Below, one piece after another: positions 1 to 14,236 of a DNA stretch of 59,947 nt. Position 1 is the stretch's first letter; every line of letters starts with the position of its first letter. The stretch lies in assembly GCA_026026165.1 (NCBI GenBank), contig JAPEUD010000022.1, forward strand, positions 248,001 to 307,947, given 5' to 3'. Made by a program: the position numbers and the translations under genes. This DNA comes from Sarea resinae. Taxonomy: Eukaryota. Under the pieces are notes generated by a model, which did not search any database, had not been told where the DNA came from, and saw only the letters and a list, made by a program, of their open reading frames with translations.

Positions 1-437
1 GAAATGCGACGAAGTTACAGCGCTCTTGGTCTACAAGATCTCGCTTGTATGGAACGAGAAGAGGAAGATATCGACAAAGAGAAAGATAATCGAAGAGAAA
101 GAACACCTAGCTTGGAAAAGGTTTTGCTCATAAAAGGCACAATCATTTGAAGATCTGGCAAGGTCCTACCAGCGTGGCAGGCCCGCTCGCTTCAACTCTC
201 ATCACCCGTGCGGGCATAAGTCAAAAAGAAGGACGAAAAAAGAGAGGCGCCAGCATGGAACATCCGAACAATCCAACAGTGCTTGAGACTAGATCAGCAG
301 AGAGGTTGAGAAACAAACGGATTGAGTACTCCCGCACGCTAAGCTTGGTCACAACCACTTAAGTGAACGCCAAAGAAGATTCGTCCGTACGATAGAAGAT
401 GTGCATGCGAGAGAGCTGAGGTAGGTCGGGGTAGTAC

Positions 438-2693
438 TCATGACAGAGAGGGCGAGGGTGCCACAAATGACTTTTTCCTGCTGAACATGGTGCGCGTGCG
501 TGACTTATCCCGTGGTTTTTTCTCTGGGACGTCCTTTTTATTTGAGCGCCCGCGACCAGATTGAGCGTCAGCATCATCATTGTATTTAGATTTGTAGATC
601 CTGGGTCTCGTTAGCATTTTCTCAATGAAACAGGGGACTAATCCAATTGGAGCAAGTACTCACCAACTGTTGCCAACCATGCTCATGCCTTTGCTTTCGG
701 CCATTCGGTAGAATTTAGCGGCTTTCTTCAGGTCCTTTTTACAGCCAACACCTTGCGCGTAGCAAAAGCCTGCTTCGGCCATAGCATCGGCATCTCCCCA
801 ATTGCCGGCAATTTCGAAACAGCGCAGCGCCAAAGATTTGTCCTGCTCGATGCCCCATCCATTAAGGTGGCTGACGCCAAGCTCATAGATACTCAAGGCG
901 AATTGTGCTCTGCGCGTCTTCTTCTCGTTGACGTCGGTGGGCTTATCCTGATTAGCTTCATCTTCGTCGAGAGCCACTTCCAGACTCGCAAAGTCGGATG
1001 CCTTTCTCAGCCATTGCACACCCTCCTTCTGATTCGGCCTCATTCCCCATCCGTGCCGACAAGCTAAAGCGTACAAAAGCATAGCTGTAGGGTTATCCTG
1101 CTTGGCTGCTATTCTCAGGTGATAGGTTGATTCGTTCAAGGATCCACGCTCATGGCAAGCGATTCCCTTGGCAAGGTGATCTTCGGCGGAGAGATTGGCC
1201 GAGGTGGCAAGGGAGCGGTTAGAAGGAGCTTTGATTGTGCTGTTAGAGTCCACTGACGGAGTGTATGACTGTCGAACTGGTCCAGATAAGGGCTTAGTAG
1301 TAGGTGTCTCGGCGCTTGAGCGCTTCTGTCGGATTGTCTTATTGTCTGGAGTCCGTGGTCGTGGCCGATCTGATGCTGTACTCGGGCGAGGCGGTGAAGC
1401 AGGTGATGGGGGTCTGAGATCGGGAAAGGTCTCGCCGGAAAGAATATGGCTCGCCGCGTTGGGCTGCTCCCATTTGAATTGAGGGGAATCATTTTCAGCA
1501 TACACGACAGAACCTCGTTGAAGTAGCCTGCCGCGCGGCAAGGAGTATTTCGCATAGATGTAGGAAGGTGCTGGGCCATACGACTGGTCCGACGGTTCGA
1601 AATACTCCTCGCTGTTCATGCTTACTGGAGTGTGAGCGGTGTCATCTGTGAAAACATACGGCTGACTCTCGGACGAGGCTTGGCGGGAAGGGATATCAAA
1701 CGATGGCCGACTGGCTCGACTAAGAGGGCGAGAGAAGTTGAGAGCCGATCGAGGGCCACGACCTCCACCAATCGAATACTCTGAACTGATTGACGGGGAG
1801 CGGGGTGGCGCCATCCACGGAGACTGCGGTGACTGTGGCCTAGACATTCCGCTACTCGAAGAAAGTTTTCTAGTCCTCGAATCAAATGAAGTGCCCATCG
1901 ATCCAGATAGATCATCGTCCGAGTCTGCCGGGACCGATCGGATGCTTGCGGCTTGACGGACGTGAGGAGAGCGTGGAGGCGCCAGACCGCTCAAGGGGTG
2001 AGAGCGCGGGCCGTAAGGATCGTTACGATAGCCCGACTGTAATGTTTCAAATCGATTACCAGAGTCAAGGCTCTTTTGCAGCCTCAAATCAGAAGTCAAG
2101 TCTTGGACGGAGGCAGATTTAAAAGTCGTGCCCATCGGTTCTGGAGAGTCCACCCGTGGACCAAGTCGACCACGAGAGCCTATAGCCTTGCTCCTTTGGG
2201 TTTGCTTATCCTCGTAGCTAGAAACTTGTTCCACCTCGTCGATCGGACTAGGGAGGCCGAATTCCGAATCGCCATCTCTGGATGAAATCTCGCTCAAGCG
2301 CGTGTAGTATGACTTTGGCCGCATTTTGGGGTCCTCGACTTCTGGACTATTGCCAGACGGCTCTTCGTCTTTTTTCGGCGCTTGTTGTACACTGTAGTTG
2401 CCGTCTGTATCGACAGACCTGGAACGAAAGTAACCGGGGCGAGCTGCGGCGAATGCTTCGGCGTCCAGAGGTGGTAATCTACTCATGCGCCTGCCATTCC
2501 TCCGGCTCTCTTCTAATTGCTTGGCCATCAGTCGCGAATGTGCGGCAAAAGCGTCCAACGGAGAGAGCGCCGGAGGTACGTCTCCCTCTGCATGTTGAAT
2601 CCGAGGAGACAAATGCTGAGGTGAGTTCATGCCCTTTCGAGAAGATTGAAACGACGTGGAGCGAATGTCGATGAAATCGGGCCGTTGTGCCAT
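438..2693 (-). CDS. Sel1-repeat protein, Dsf2/Nif1-like (long S/P/R-rich disordered N-terminus, C-terminal SEL1 repeats)
   Basis: 677-aa ORF with SEL1 motifs (AMLLYALACRHGWG, IYELGVSHLNGWG, EAGFCYAQGVGC). Intron 663-601 (GTGAGT..CTAAC..CAG) joins GNSW to a last exon IYKSKY..FSRKKS; TGA at 438-440. Confidence 0.8.
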
Positions 2694-4668
2694 CTTGTGA
2701 GCGTTGGCGCGCCGCGGACGCTGTTGCCTGTTGAGAATCGATCCTAGTAGACTATCGTCTCTGGCGCATCCAAAGGGTTAGGGGTGTAGCTTGAGTTGGA
2801 CGCGTCAAGTTCATCGAAGCAGATGCGGTGTCACAGTCCTGGATCAGCTTTTGGCGGTGTTGTGGGCTGCCGATCTCTTGCGTCCAAATGGAAGGGCCAG
2901 GGTATTGGGAAGAAGAACAACGAACGTCTTGGGCCTGGCGAAAAGGTTCTTCGAGGAGTCGGCCGATGTTTAAAGAGAGAAATGAGCAGCAGCTGGGTTC
3001 GATCGACCGGTCACGGTTAGGAGCGTGTGTAGAGTGTGGGGAGTGGGGACATGGACATGGCCGTCGAACAAGAGCTTTGGTGGTGATGGTGGTGGTGGTG
3101 GTGAGCTCCCCATGGTATGTAGTATGTACTATGTAGTGGTGAACGTCTACCAAGTCACTCGACGCAGCAGACTCATAGTAAAGATACTTCTATTTCTATC
3201 CTCCGCCTGCAATTCGTACCTCGTAGGCTCGTACCTCATCTCTCGCTCTCTTCTCTCTGTCTGCCCCCCTTACCCCTGGAAATTACAAGTCGGCAAGCGT
3301 GCGAGACGGCGCGATTGCTAGCTCGCGCCCTGAATACCAAACAAATCGCAGACCTTGTCCACCCGAACGTGCCGTCTTCTAGTCCGGAGCCTCTCGTCTT
3401 CCTTTTGTCTTCCTGACTGCCCGAGCCCTAATGACCCCAGAGCATCTATCTGTGCCGGCCTGATAGAGGCTGAGAGAGAGACAACGAGGCTGAAAGGCAC
3501 CGGGGCCGCGAAGGGGGGGAGCGTTGTTGCCCCTGATCCAAGACATCGATGCCATCCATTGCAATCCAATGGTCGGCTACCACAATCCGTACCAGGGTCC
3601 TCACCCATCGTCATGCACACCTCATGCTGAACACTGAACACATTACTTCGTACTCTACCAAGTGCCAAGTATCGGCCCAGCGAAACGTCCTCGTTCTGGT
3701 ACCTTCCTTCGAGGTCCTCGGTCCTTCGTGCCAAATATGCTCACCATCGCAATCAAGCCCGATCAGCCTATCGCAGGCGAAGCCGACATGGTCAGCATTG
3801 TCATCATCGTCACTGTGAATCTCTCTGCATTCTCTTTCCATCCTCGTCGTCGTAGTAGGTGCTCAATGGTCAACTCATCAAAAGAAGAACTCCGGAGACG
3901 AAAGCAACAGAGAGGGCGACATGCCCTGCTCAGTAATTGCGTGCCTTGATAATACCCATCATCATCATTGATCCGCCCCTCAAAGCACCGAGCATTCTAA
4001 GAGCGGTACTCTACCACCTTCGTAACGTCTACCATGGACCCTTAATTAAGACACCAAGGTACCGACCTAGCTTGCACCAAGTACTCGTCGACCTCAGCTG
4101 CACTCGAACTCCACACCTCGCCGCGCCTTACCATTTCGTATTCTAGAGCCTCTTAGAGCGATCGAGGGGAGTCCTCCGTCCCTCGATGCACACGATTCTT
4201 CGGCACCGAAGCATCTCCAATAGGGTGACCCCCATCGACACGAAGGAGGGGCAGGGACGTCCGGACCGCGATGCTTACAGCATTTACTCCCCAAGACCCG
4301 TATATTATTCCTCACTACCTCGTAGGTACCTAAGACGGACCTCGGGGATATACATAGGTAGTACCACCATGGTAGTTGGCGAGAAGGGGTCAAGTCCCTT
4401 GGTCAACGAAAACGTCGTGAACCCTGGTACCTCGTACGGGGTAGGTTAGCCTTGAACGACCACTGCTTCGGCATGCCGAAGCATTCACTCGCCACAGCCT
4501 GGGGAATGCCTTCACGATTCTATTTTCAGCATGAGACACTCCTTACACCAATAGTGCGAAGCATATGGACCGATGTGCTCCATTTGAATGAATCTCCAAA
4601 TCCTTCCATAATTATGAGTACAGTCTTCTATCAATCTGCCAACCTATCTACTAATCTTTCTGCCAACC

Positions 4669-7461
4669 TCATCCGCGTTCTTGCCCGCCCCAAACCTTTC
4701 CCCCAAAGCTACCCATATCCCTCCTAAAGAATTTTCCGATATTCCTCAAATTGTCATTCAAGTTCGCCGTCGCATGACCCTCGATGCCCTGCGGGGGCGA
4801 TAACGTCCCCGAGGCCGAGAGTGGGCCAGTCGCCGCGGCTGTGACGCCATCGCGTGCTCGGGAGATGAGCGCTGAACCGAGGGTGGAGGGGTCGAAGCGG
4901 GTTGGTAAGGCGGGTGTCGACATCGTTGCCGCATTGCTCAAGGATCCGATGCCACCACCCCCATGCGACGACTGTATCTGGAGGGATGTCAATAGAGGTG
5001 ACTGTGCTACGAGGTTTTCTTGCGAGGCCGAGGCTCGATGGGCCTGGAATAGTTCGACCAGATGAGGCTGGTCCTGTCTGCGTACGCCTTTCAATTCCAG
5101 AATCTTTCGGAAGTTGGTGTCCGACTTGTCGCCGATATGTATGAGGTAGGCTTGAACGAGACCCTCCGGGGGGCTCGATCGAACTTGAATGGTCTTGAGG
5201 AGAGGATCGATCTTGGACATGATCTGATTTACCCGCTTGACGTATCTGAACGAAAATTAGCATACTACAGAGCAAATACCGAAGACATGGCTTACGCTGC
5301 AGGGGCTGCTGTTGGAGCTTCGGAACCAAGAGTTGGCAATTCTTCGAATCCCTTCTTCAGGACATACAGGTCCAGCAACATCTTTCCTCGGTTAGCATCT
5401 CGAAAACATCGTCGAGTTCTTTTCACATACCTGTTCTGCGCCCACTTCAGACACTGGTCTACACTGCACAATATTGTGGACATAGCTATTGACCAGAGCC
5501 TCGATAAGATTATCGCAGAAAGCTCGGGCGTACTGTTGTTTGTGCAGCATCTGTAAGATCTCGGAAGCCTTGGCCTTCACCTGCCTCAAAAGCTCCCCAA
5601 CATAGGAACTCTGATCGCCCACGCTTCCGAGCTTACTCCAAGGAGTATTGCGCATCTCACGCCAGCTTGAATCACAGTCCAGTTCTACCTTTCGAACAAG
5701 GGAGCGAACGGCGGCACTTGCTATTCCCATAAACGCATCTGCTTGACTTTGGAGGTCCACTTTCGCCTTGAACTCCTCATCAACCCTACCCTTAATCTTG
5801 TCCTCAAGCTGGGTGCACACCCCGTAGCAGTAGTCTGCCGTATTAAGAACCAAGATCGTGTCCTGAATAGAAGGTCCTTGACCAGGCTCGCTAAGGAAAT
5901 GAAGCAAGACTTGCTGTGCATATTGATCGAGGTATTTCGCAAAGGTCTTTGATAGTTCGACAAGAGACGTCCCTGTCGATAGCTTGGCGCACTGGCCAAG
6001 GATCGCGCGATAGAAGCTGAAAAGCTCCGTCGAAGATGCTATAACAAGCTGTGGCGAGAATTCCTCATCAGCTGCTTTCAGTGGTTGCTGACGATATCTA
6101 GGTATCATCAATGAAAGTTGCCTGGATGAATCAGCAGGAGAATACACAGTTACTGTAGAGTAGCATACTTGTCCTGGGCCTCGACCCACACGCTGAGATA
6201 AGGCTCAAAGGCTTCTGATATTGCTTGTCCAAATATCGGAACTCTCTCTTCTTTCGAGCTCAACGTATCAATCGATGCACGAGACTACCACAAGTAGTCA
6301 GTATAGATCTAAGCAGCTGAAGTTCGCATGCATACTTCATTCGCAAAGCGTCTTTCAAGGCTATGCTCAAAATCGAGGGTCTCTTGTAGACATGAGAGTA
6401 GAAGGTTGACATCCAGAGATTGCCCATCAGTTCTCCGCATGGAGCGAGAGAGAATGCCTTTGAAATCGTCCCGAGTGCCCTCACAAAAAGCATTCGCAAG
6501 TGTTTCATTAACTCTCCACGAAGAGGGAAATATGACTGCGTGCTCATCATCATAGGTTTTGAGCATTCGCTTGAACCAGGAATATCTGCGAGAAATATTG
6601 TCCAGCGAGCCGGCCTGGAAATATTAGTAATGCACACAGAGGTTTTCTTCCAGGTCAACTACCTCGTCATTGCCTCGAAAGACTTGTCGATATTCCCGTA
6701 ATTGTGTGTTACAATACCAAGTGATCAAACGAGAGCGAGCATTCTCCCCCAAAGCATCCATCACTAAGCAGGCCTCTGACAGCATCCCTTTCCGCTGAGC
6801 CACTTCCCCTTTCGCGAAGGTAATCTCGAAGTCTTCGCATACTTGTTCGAGGAGCTCTCTCTGTAGGTCGGCAACGTTGCGGCTAAGCTTGGCAATTTGG
6901 TCTATAGAACGGTATGATTTGAAGTGTGCCATAAGTTGAATGACGGCTTGCAAGAGCTGCGCACACTCTCGATACTGCCGCGTCTTGCTTAGGCCGCGAA
7001 GTTGCTCGTATGCGGTCGTCAACATCTGCAACCTCTTGAGCGCCGTCATGGAGAGTGTGAGATTCCTCTTCGTTCCATCCAGGCGTTTGATGTCCGCGGT
7101 CATATCGGTAATGGCCTGCTCTGTTTGTAGAGCTCGTTCCCGCACGCCCTCGATCTTCTCAAACAGTTCGGCGAGCTCAGCTTTTGCGGCCTGGATCCGA
7201 CGAACGCTCTCAGCGTCGGAAGCCGATTGCGTCTCGATGAGCTGCGCAATGTCTTCGTCCAGCTCATCTTGGTAGGCTCGCAATGCATCTGATGTGGATG
7301 ATACCGCTGGGAGGGTAGACGGGTGAGAGAAGATGGCATTCAGATGATCAATTGGATCATAATCATCTGCAGAATATCAGCATAAAGGGTCGTCAAAAAG
7401 AGCCAGATGTTATACCGGAGTCCAATGTGCTTTTGGCCGACACGCCATTCAACTGCGGCAT
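4669..7461 (-). CDS. VPS53: GARP complex subunit Vps53 (multi-exon)
   Basis: Spliced start MPQLNG..LDS|DDYDPIDHLNAIFSHPS. Conserved blocks KRNLTLSMTALKRLQMLTTAYEQL, WYCNTQLREYR, VLNTADYC, GAEQMLLD, NFRKILELKG lie in exons joined by GT-AG introns. Confidence 0.93.
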
Positions 7462-8067
7462 GGAGACAGCTGTGTGACCGCATTCGCTCGTCCAAGAAGC
7501 CTCTCGATACTCTCAGTAGATGTGAATACCCCAAGCCCCAATATCTTATTCACGCCCGAATCCTCGTCACTGCCTAGGCTGAGTGTATGCGTCAGGGATT
7601 CGTTCGACGCTTTCATGAGCGTTCACAGAGCTGAGGTGCCAAATCCGAGCCGAAGCGAACTTCATTTCAATGCACGTTGTAGGCAGTATCTTCGCTGTAC
7701 TTCGTACCTTCTTACGAAGTACCCCGGACTTTACTGCGCAGTACTACCCACCCATGCATGGTACGGAAGATTGAATTACTGCCACGCCTCAAAGAGGTTT
7801 GTTTCCCATTGGCTTCACTGGCGCTTTGCATTGTGTCTGCAATTCAAAACAATAGCCAAAGAATGCTACGAAGCCTTGCCGGTATTCTAAATAACAAAAG
7901 TGCACAAATTGGATATGACCATCTCATGATCTCAAGACTGGCGCCGACATTAAACCCCACGAACTTGGCCCCTGAAACGGCCGAACTCTCCCGCCTGCTC
8001 TCATATACTAGAACAGACAGAAGCAGTCCGACGGCATCTTCTCCCCTGGACGTTGACTTCTTGAGGC

Positions 8068-9380
8068 TTATGAGTGCAGAGCGTTGAACCCAGTTTCGAT
8101 TAAGCTCCTAGGACCCTTGACATCTGCTGTCCCTGTCCAGTAGAACAGGCCCCCTAATCCTTTGTCCTTGGCAAAAGTTGCCTTGAGCTTGACACTTCTA
8201 GGATTATCATACGACACGAATCCCCCGTCTCCGCCTACACAGAATGCTGCCCCGACTGATTCATCCACGGATTCGTTCGTGCCAGGTCTTGGAAGATCCT
8301 TGTATTCGAAAGTTCCTTCCTCTCCGCCTTGGCCACCGAAATTCTGCCCAACGCCATTAGCACCAAGGAATGACCTTCCGTACACTGGAACTCCGAGTAG
8401 AATCTTCTTCGCAGGGACCCCGTGGTCTCGTAAATAAGAGACCGCAGACTGGCAAGAAATAGAAGCAGCATCATTGTGTGGTCGACGTGGGCTATAGAGC
8501 TGAGCATGATGGCCCGACTTGTTCACCCATGGTCCTGAAAAATCGTATGCCATGAGGTTGATTAGGTCAAGGTAGTTTTGGGCCACGGCAAGATTGATGT
8601 TTCTTAATGCCCATTCACCAGCTGGCAAAGCTGACGATACGATGTACTGAGTGGAAGGAAGGTATTTCCGGATAGCGGCCAAAAGATGAATATAACTCTC
8701 GCCTTGACCTGGATCTGATGGGTGTTCCCAGTCAACTAAATCGTGCCAGACGTTAGCCTAATTTATAACCCTAGAGCGACATTTGAATGAATACCATCGA
8801 TGCCGTTGAAGCCGAATTGATTGACGAGAAGACGAGCTGTGCTTGCAAATCTCTCTCTCGCCGCTGGATCGCTTGCCACTGCAGCAAATGGTTCGCTTGC
8901 TTTTCCTCCACCGCCTATTGAGAGAATGAGTTTCAGGTGGCTATGCTGTGCTTTGAGCGCTGCGAAAGAGCGAAGACACCCGTGCGTGCCATCTACTTCT
9001 ATTTGAGAGTCTGCCCATTCGTCACTCAACTGCGACTGATTAGGTTGAGTCATGATTCTGCTGGGTTGCATCTCACATATACAGTGCCATCCTCCTTTAC
9101 CCTAGGCCATCCATAGGCAGAAGTTAGCAGCAAGTCAAGGACGATGCGGTGCACAAGGCGTATCTACTAACCATGCGAATGCATAGAATACGTGAGATAT
9201 GACATTAAGCTTCAATGAAGACGGAGGCTCCTGTCTATATATTCGCCAATTTGGATAATAGATAGCATTGGCAAATAGAGCGATTCCTGGTTCCTGGTGC
9301 GACGCGGACCGTCGAGGCCTATGTACATTCGGAGAGAATAATAGCCAATTAGGTGCAGGTGGTCCTAGAGGTTTCGACAT
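8068..9380 (-). CDS. GH18 chitinase (group A-like), no obvious signal peptide
   Basis: NAIYYPNW, HVFYAFA, LSIGGG, catalytic FNGID|VDWEHP reconstituted across an intron (about 8782-8737), NLMAYDF, GVPVYGR, GGLFYW. Confidence 0.9.
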
Positions 9381-11566
9381 GATGAGACGAAGCCACTATA
9401 AAATCGTTGTCGTGAGGTTGAGACTTTCGAAAAGAATCTCGAACCATGCTAACCCGAATGGAAGAGGGCGAGGAGGAGAGATAATAAAGTGTAGTATCAG
9501 AGGATCCAAGAATTCAGAGTACCAGGATATCAGAGACGATCAGGACGATCCAAGATCCGGCTCAGGGCTCTAGGGAAGGGCTCGCCCGCTAAATCAGAAG
9601 CCTGACGTGGCAATTGGACGATCAAGGTCAGTTGGGACCTCTGGAGCAGATTCCCAAGTACGCTGGAGCAGCTTTCTCCGGCCTTGATTCTCCAATGTCT
9701 AAGGTACGCCGGAGTAAACGGCTCGAGACCAAGGCCCCTTTTCAATCACATATATCAATTCTGGAGACTCGAGAGTGAGTTTGAGACACCTTATGAAGGT
9801 GGAGACGGGTCCGAAAGCTGTCTTTACTACGCAAGCTCCCCGGCCTCTCGTCTGGGTGAACGAGCAGTCGGCCCACGATGGCGTCTGACTTTGACAGATT
9901 GCCTGCTCTAGAATCGGCCAAGGTACCTCAGCCATCAACGTTAGGGTCTTAATGGCCAAGCGCGGGCTCCATCTTGAAGACCGAAGACGCAGGTTCTGCC
10001 GCATATGGCTGCGGCTTAGCGCATGGTGGGGGGAGGGGGGTTTTCTGTAGGGGCTCCGGGGCCTCTTCGGGCTCGGGCTGCTCGACAGTGGTAGGCGACA
10101 CCCATCCCAACGACAGGGAATCAAGACGGTCCCAGAGGCGGCGTCTCAGACGCGTTCATCCTACTCCATACTGCGAGTAGCTTCTGCACGAAGGAACGAA
10201 GATCTGCAGGTATTGCGCAGTCTAGAGAAGCAAGGCAAGTGCAAAGCGTCGATGATGCAGGCATCCATGGACGGCGCGAGGTGGACGTGGGCTAGCAGGA
10301 AGGGTTTGGGGACCGTTCCTCGATCGAAGGCTATGGCATTGCTTTTTTCTCCACCGTGCATCCCAGGCTTGGGAGGGGCGAGGGGGGAGATGGGCAGTAT
10401 TTACTATGGGGAAGAGGTCAGGTAAGGCAAGGTGAGATGATGGAAGGGGGCGGGATGTCGCCATGGTACAGCCTGGAGTAGCTCGCCAGCTGAATCACTC
10501 GCAGCAGTAGTGCGCAGAGGAGCCGATCAGCATTGCACAACGTGGTAATCCGTAAGGTACTGAGTCCCTCATGTTTGTTTTTGACCGTGGCAGCGGCCAC
10601 GCTGAATCATGATTACTCTTCGCACGAATCGTGATGCACCTCGGCCATGGCAAATGGCTAAATCCCATCTCATCGACTATGCATTTGATATACCGTAGTG
10701 GACGGGAGACCGACAGAGAGACCATAGCACTTGATGGGGCGGGGCAATACTTTCATCTCGCACTCGATACTCTAGCCTCAGTTCTCTCGGGTCTCCTTCT
10801 CTCGGGCCTCCCTGTTCCCTTCGCGCCTCGTTGAGACGTCGACGATGGAGCCATACGGCTGCTCTCCTGCGCAGTAGGCCCACTCGATCTGGGCCCACTC
10901 GACCCACATGGAAGATACAAGACTGGCATTCTTCTCGAGATGAGAAGCTGACTCCGTACGACATGTACAGACCAGGCGATGTACTTGATAGAGTACCAGC
11001 CAAGGTAGCCCATGGTGATGAGCATGAGCATCGCAGAAGCCAAGGAAAGCATTGCACATTGCATCCTCTCTGCAGGTCTCAACCCCTCCACTCGACCCGA
11101 GCAGTCCCAGACGATCGTGTTGACCAGACACGGTAGTGGCGATGGTGATGAGCACTAGCGATAACTGTTTCTGGCGATGGTGAGCATGAGAAGGTGACTG
11201 GAGGGCACGGGCATATCACAACTCACATTCGATCCAAACACGTTAGAAGCTCGACGGAGGTGCCTACCTACCTGCTCTACTGAAGTAGGTACTCGAGGCA
11301 CCTGATGTAAAGTAGTACGGAGTACTCTATTATGAGTTGGTACCTTACTCTGCTAACAGCATTGATGCATACCTACTACTATGTAAAGGTCGATGAACGC
11401 CGGAGAGTGCCGCAGTGGCATGGACGGGGCATCAATGATCTTTCCTGTCTTCAATCCGTGTCTCCATAACCGCCAGGGCAAGGCTGCTATCGATGATTGA
11501 TGATCCTCCATGCAATTGCCCTGATCCTTCTGCTTCCGTCCATGCTGATCTCTCTTATCCCGTCGG

Positions 11567-11623
11567 CATCATCATCACCATCATCATCACCATCACCATC
11601 ACCATCATCACCACCATCATCAT
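11567..11623. repeat. (CAT/CAC)n trinucleotide microsatellite
   Basis: catcatcatcaccatcatcatcaccatcacc... about 19 units, intergenic. Confidence 0.9.
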
Positions 11624-12286
11624 GCTCTCATCCTGGCACGATCGACATCGACAGCCCCCCCAACCGAGCACCGGCCAGCCGGGAAACCCCATCCCCTCCC
11701 ATCCAATTCGGTCCTCTCCCTCCAGCCTCCATCGCCAACGGCCCAAGAAAGCGCTCGAGCCTGCCTAGACCTTGTCGCTGGCCCGCCCGCCTCTCGCCTC
11801 ATCCCTCCGAAGAAGAGCAAGGTACTTCATACTACTAAAGTACTCCAGTACTTCAGTACTCCAGGGCTACGAGTACAGCCACCTATGAGCATCACCGATC
11901 ATCATCATCTATCATCATCTATCAAGCTTCTTCAACCCTCCCCACGACGTCCCATCCATCTCATCTCGCCTTACCACTTCCTCCAGAACGCCACACCTCC
12001 CCTTCCGTCGAAACCCTCGCAGCTCAAGCGAGACCCATGCCACCCAACCGCGTCTCTTGATCCTACTTCTATTCTCGGCATTTTTCCGACCTCGACCACG
12101 GAGAGCTCCACATCTGACCGACTTCCTGGACGAGAGACAGCAACCTGGAAGCCAACCCCCCCCCCCCAACACACCATCTCGATATTGATCGCAGCCCACA
12201 GCCTTCTCTGACTTCACCATCTGCCTCGCCAAACTTCACCGCCTCTCCGAGACAGCCGTCGGTCAGCTTGATTCCTGCAAACAGCC

Positions 12287-13316
12287 ATGGCGGTAGTGGA
12301 GGTCCAACGCGACACGGCGCCCGCCACCGCCCAGATTCTTGATCCATTACAGACACCCTCGTACACGTTCGGATTCAGCGACTTTCTGAAAAGAGAATAC
12401 CGTTTCGGTCTGGACCCCAACAGGCCATTCTGTAAGGCTTTCATCCAGGGGCACTGTCCGCTCGGCAACGATTGTCCGGACAAGCATCATGTCTCTTCAT
12501 CCTTCAACAAGTAATTGGCCATTTCCCCCTTTGCTCGTCCATTTGTTCGGTGATAACACTGGGCTTGCTTTGAGACTGAATCTCATGCTGACACATTTCC
12601 TTTCATTTTCAGCCTCGTCTGTAAGCATTGGCTACGCGGCCTGTGCAAAAAGGGCGACGCCTGCGAGTTCTTGCATGAATACAATCTGTACGTCCCAATT
12701 CATCGTCCTTGATCTCGTGTCACCGTCATAGATGCACTCTGCACACATCTTGACCCTAGTCGATGCACCTCTCTTCACATGCATACATCCATTGATCTGC
12801 ACTCCGCACCCCACCCCCACACACATCAACCCTTTACATGCCTCATGGTAAGGGAAAAAATCGTACTAACGACAACCAACTAGGCGTCGAATGCCCGAAT
12901 GCAATTTCTTCTCTCGCAACCTCTATTGCAGCAACGGTTCGGAGTGCCTCTACCTCCACATCGACCCGTCAACCCGCCTGCCCCCATGCCCCCATTACGA
13001 AAAGGGCTTCTGTCCTCTCGGACCAACGTGCAGCAAGAAACACGTCCGCAAAGTCCTCTGCCCCTTTTACCTCGCGGGTTTTTGCCCTGAGGGCAAAACG
13101 TGTAAATATGGGAACCATCCCCGCTGGCCGCAAGATCTGGCACCGCCCACTCGGAGACGCGAGAAGAACGAGGAAGAGTTGAGATTGGAGAGAGAGAGGG
13201 TGGAGATGGAAGAAGAGAAGGAATGGGAGAGGGAGAGAGAACGGAGGGGTCGGGAGGGTGGCAGGGGAAGAGGGAGGGGAAGAGGTGGCGGTGGGTTCAT
13301 GAGGAGGGGTGGATAA
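12287..13316 (+). CDS. YTH1: mRNA 3'-end processing factor Yth1 (CPSF30), CCCH zinc fingers, RG-rich tail
   Basis: Exons 12287-12510, 12613-12687, 12884-13316 give [66 protein letters not shown]. Confidence 0.95.
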
Positions 13317-14236
13317 GTTCAGGGTGTTTGTATTCCTTTGCTGTGCTCTCCGCGCATCTAATGGCGTTTTAATTTTATGATACCCCCTTTTCATCTTCTG
13401 GTCTATAAAAAATTTGGTATATCAAAATTACCTCGAAAATCTAGCTAGCTACAAATATAGAGTGTCGGGCGTTCCGTCTGCGACGATTGTCTAGCGAATC
13501 AATTTATCATCTAGGAACTTGTCCGACCGTCTCGCTCCAGATACCAGCAAGGACCGTACAACCGCCTTATTGTATGACTCTTAGTCGACCATTGGACCTT
13601 GGGCCCTTGGTACCTTTAATAGGAGGTAGAAGAGTTCGCCAAGAAGAAAATCGTCGAACGTCTCAGATGCCAGCCCCCACTTCCCCCAGCGGGGCGCCAG
13701 ACCCGAGCCATTCATTCATTCATTCATGACCCCAAAAAACATTATTCGTTGTTCGTCTCACGGTCTCGGAGAAACCGCGTACCCCGTACGTCCGTCCATA
13801 CGTCCAGTACGTTGGAACGAGCTGGAGAGACTGGAGAGACTGGGGAGACTCCACCTCGGGCTCAAAGGTAGGACGCGAAGGTAGGACATGTCAGTGTTTT
13901 TGTAGAAAATTTCAAGGGAGGTAAGGTAGGTAGGTAGGTAGATGGATGGAATATCACATGGGCTTTCGTCATGGATGGGAGCACATATGAGGTAGGAGGT
14001 AGGAGGTAGGAGGTGGGCTTGTGGATGGAATGCAGGTTGTGTGTGGACGGTATGCTACCTTGGGTATAAGTCATAATGGGTTGGGTGGGGGCTGGGAGGG
14101 CGTGGAGGGCGGAGAGGGTGGTGGGTAAGGTAGGTAAGGTGAGGAGCGTAGAGCAGGGTTAGGTCATCTGTAGTGCGGGACTACCTGCGTAAGTACCTAT
14201 CTGACCCGCGAGCGATTTCAAGATCGTTCATGCTTG

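Noticed and set aside
2761..3273. Possible 5' UTR intron of the Sel1-repeat gene (CTAAC..CAG ending at 2761)
   Set aside because: Several candidate donors and no reading frame to choose between them.
4648..4712. VPS53 C-terminus may carry a 1-nt homopolymer error (FGGKVWGG versus FGGRFGAG in the shifted frame)
   Set aside because: Both frames close within a few codons in a poorly conserved tail; cannot be decided without reads.
10753..11091. Minus-strand ORF with a hydrophobic stretch (LSLASAMLMLITMGYLGWYSI)
   Set aside because: No recognisable family; overlapped by equally long ORFs in other frames.
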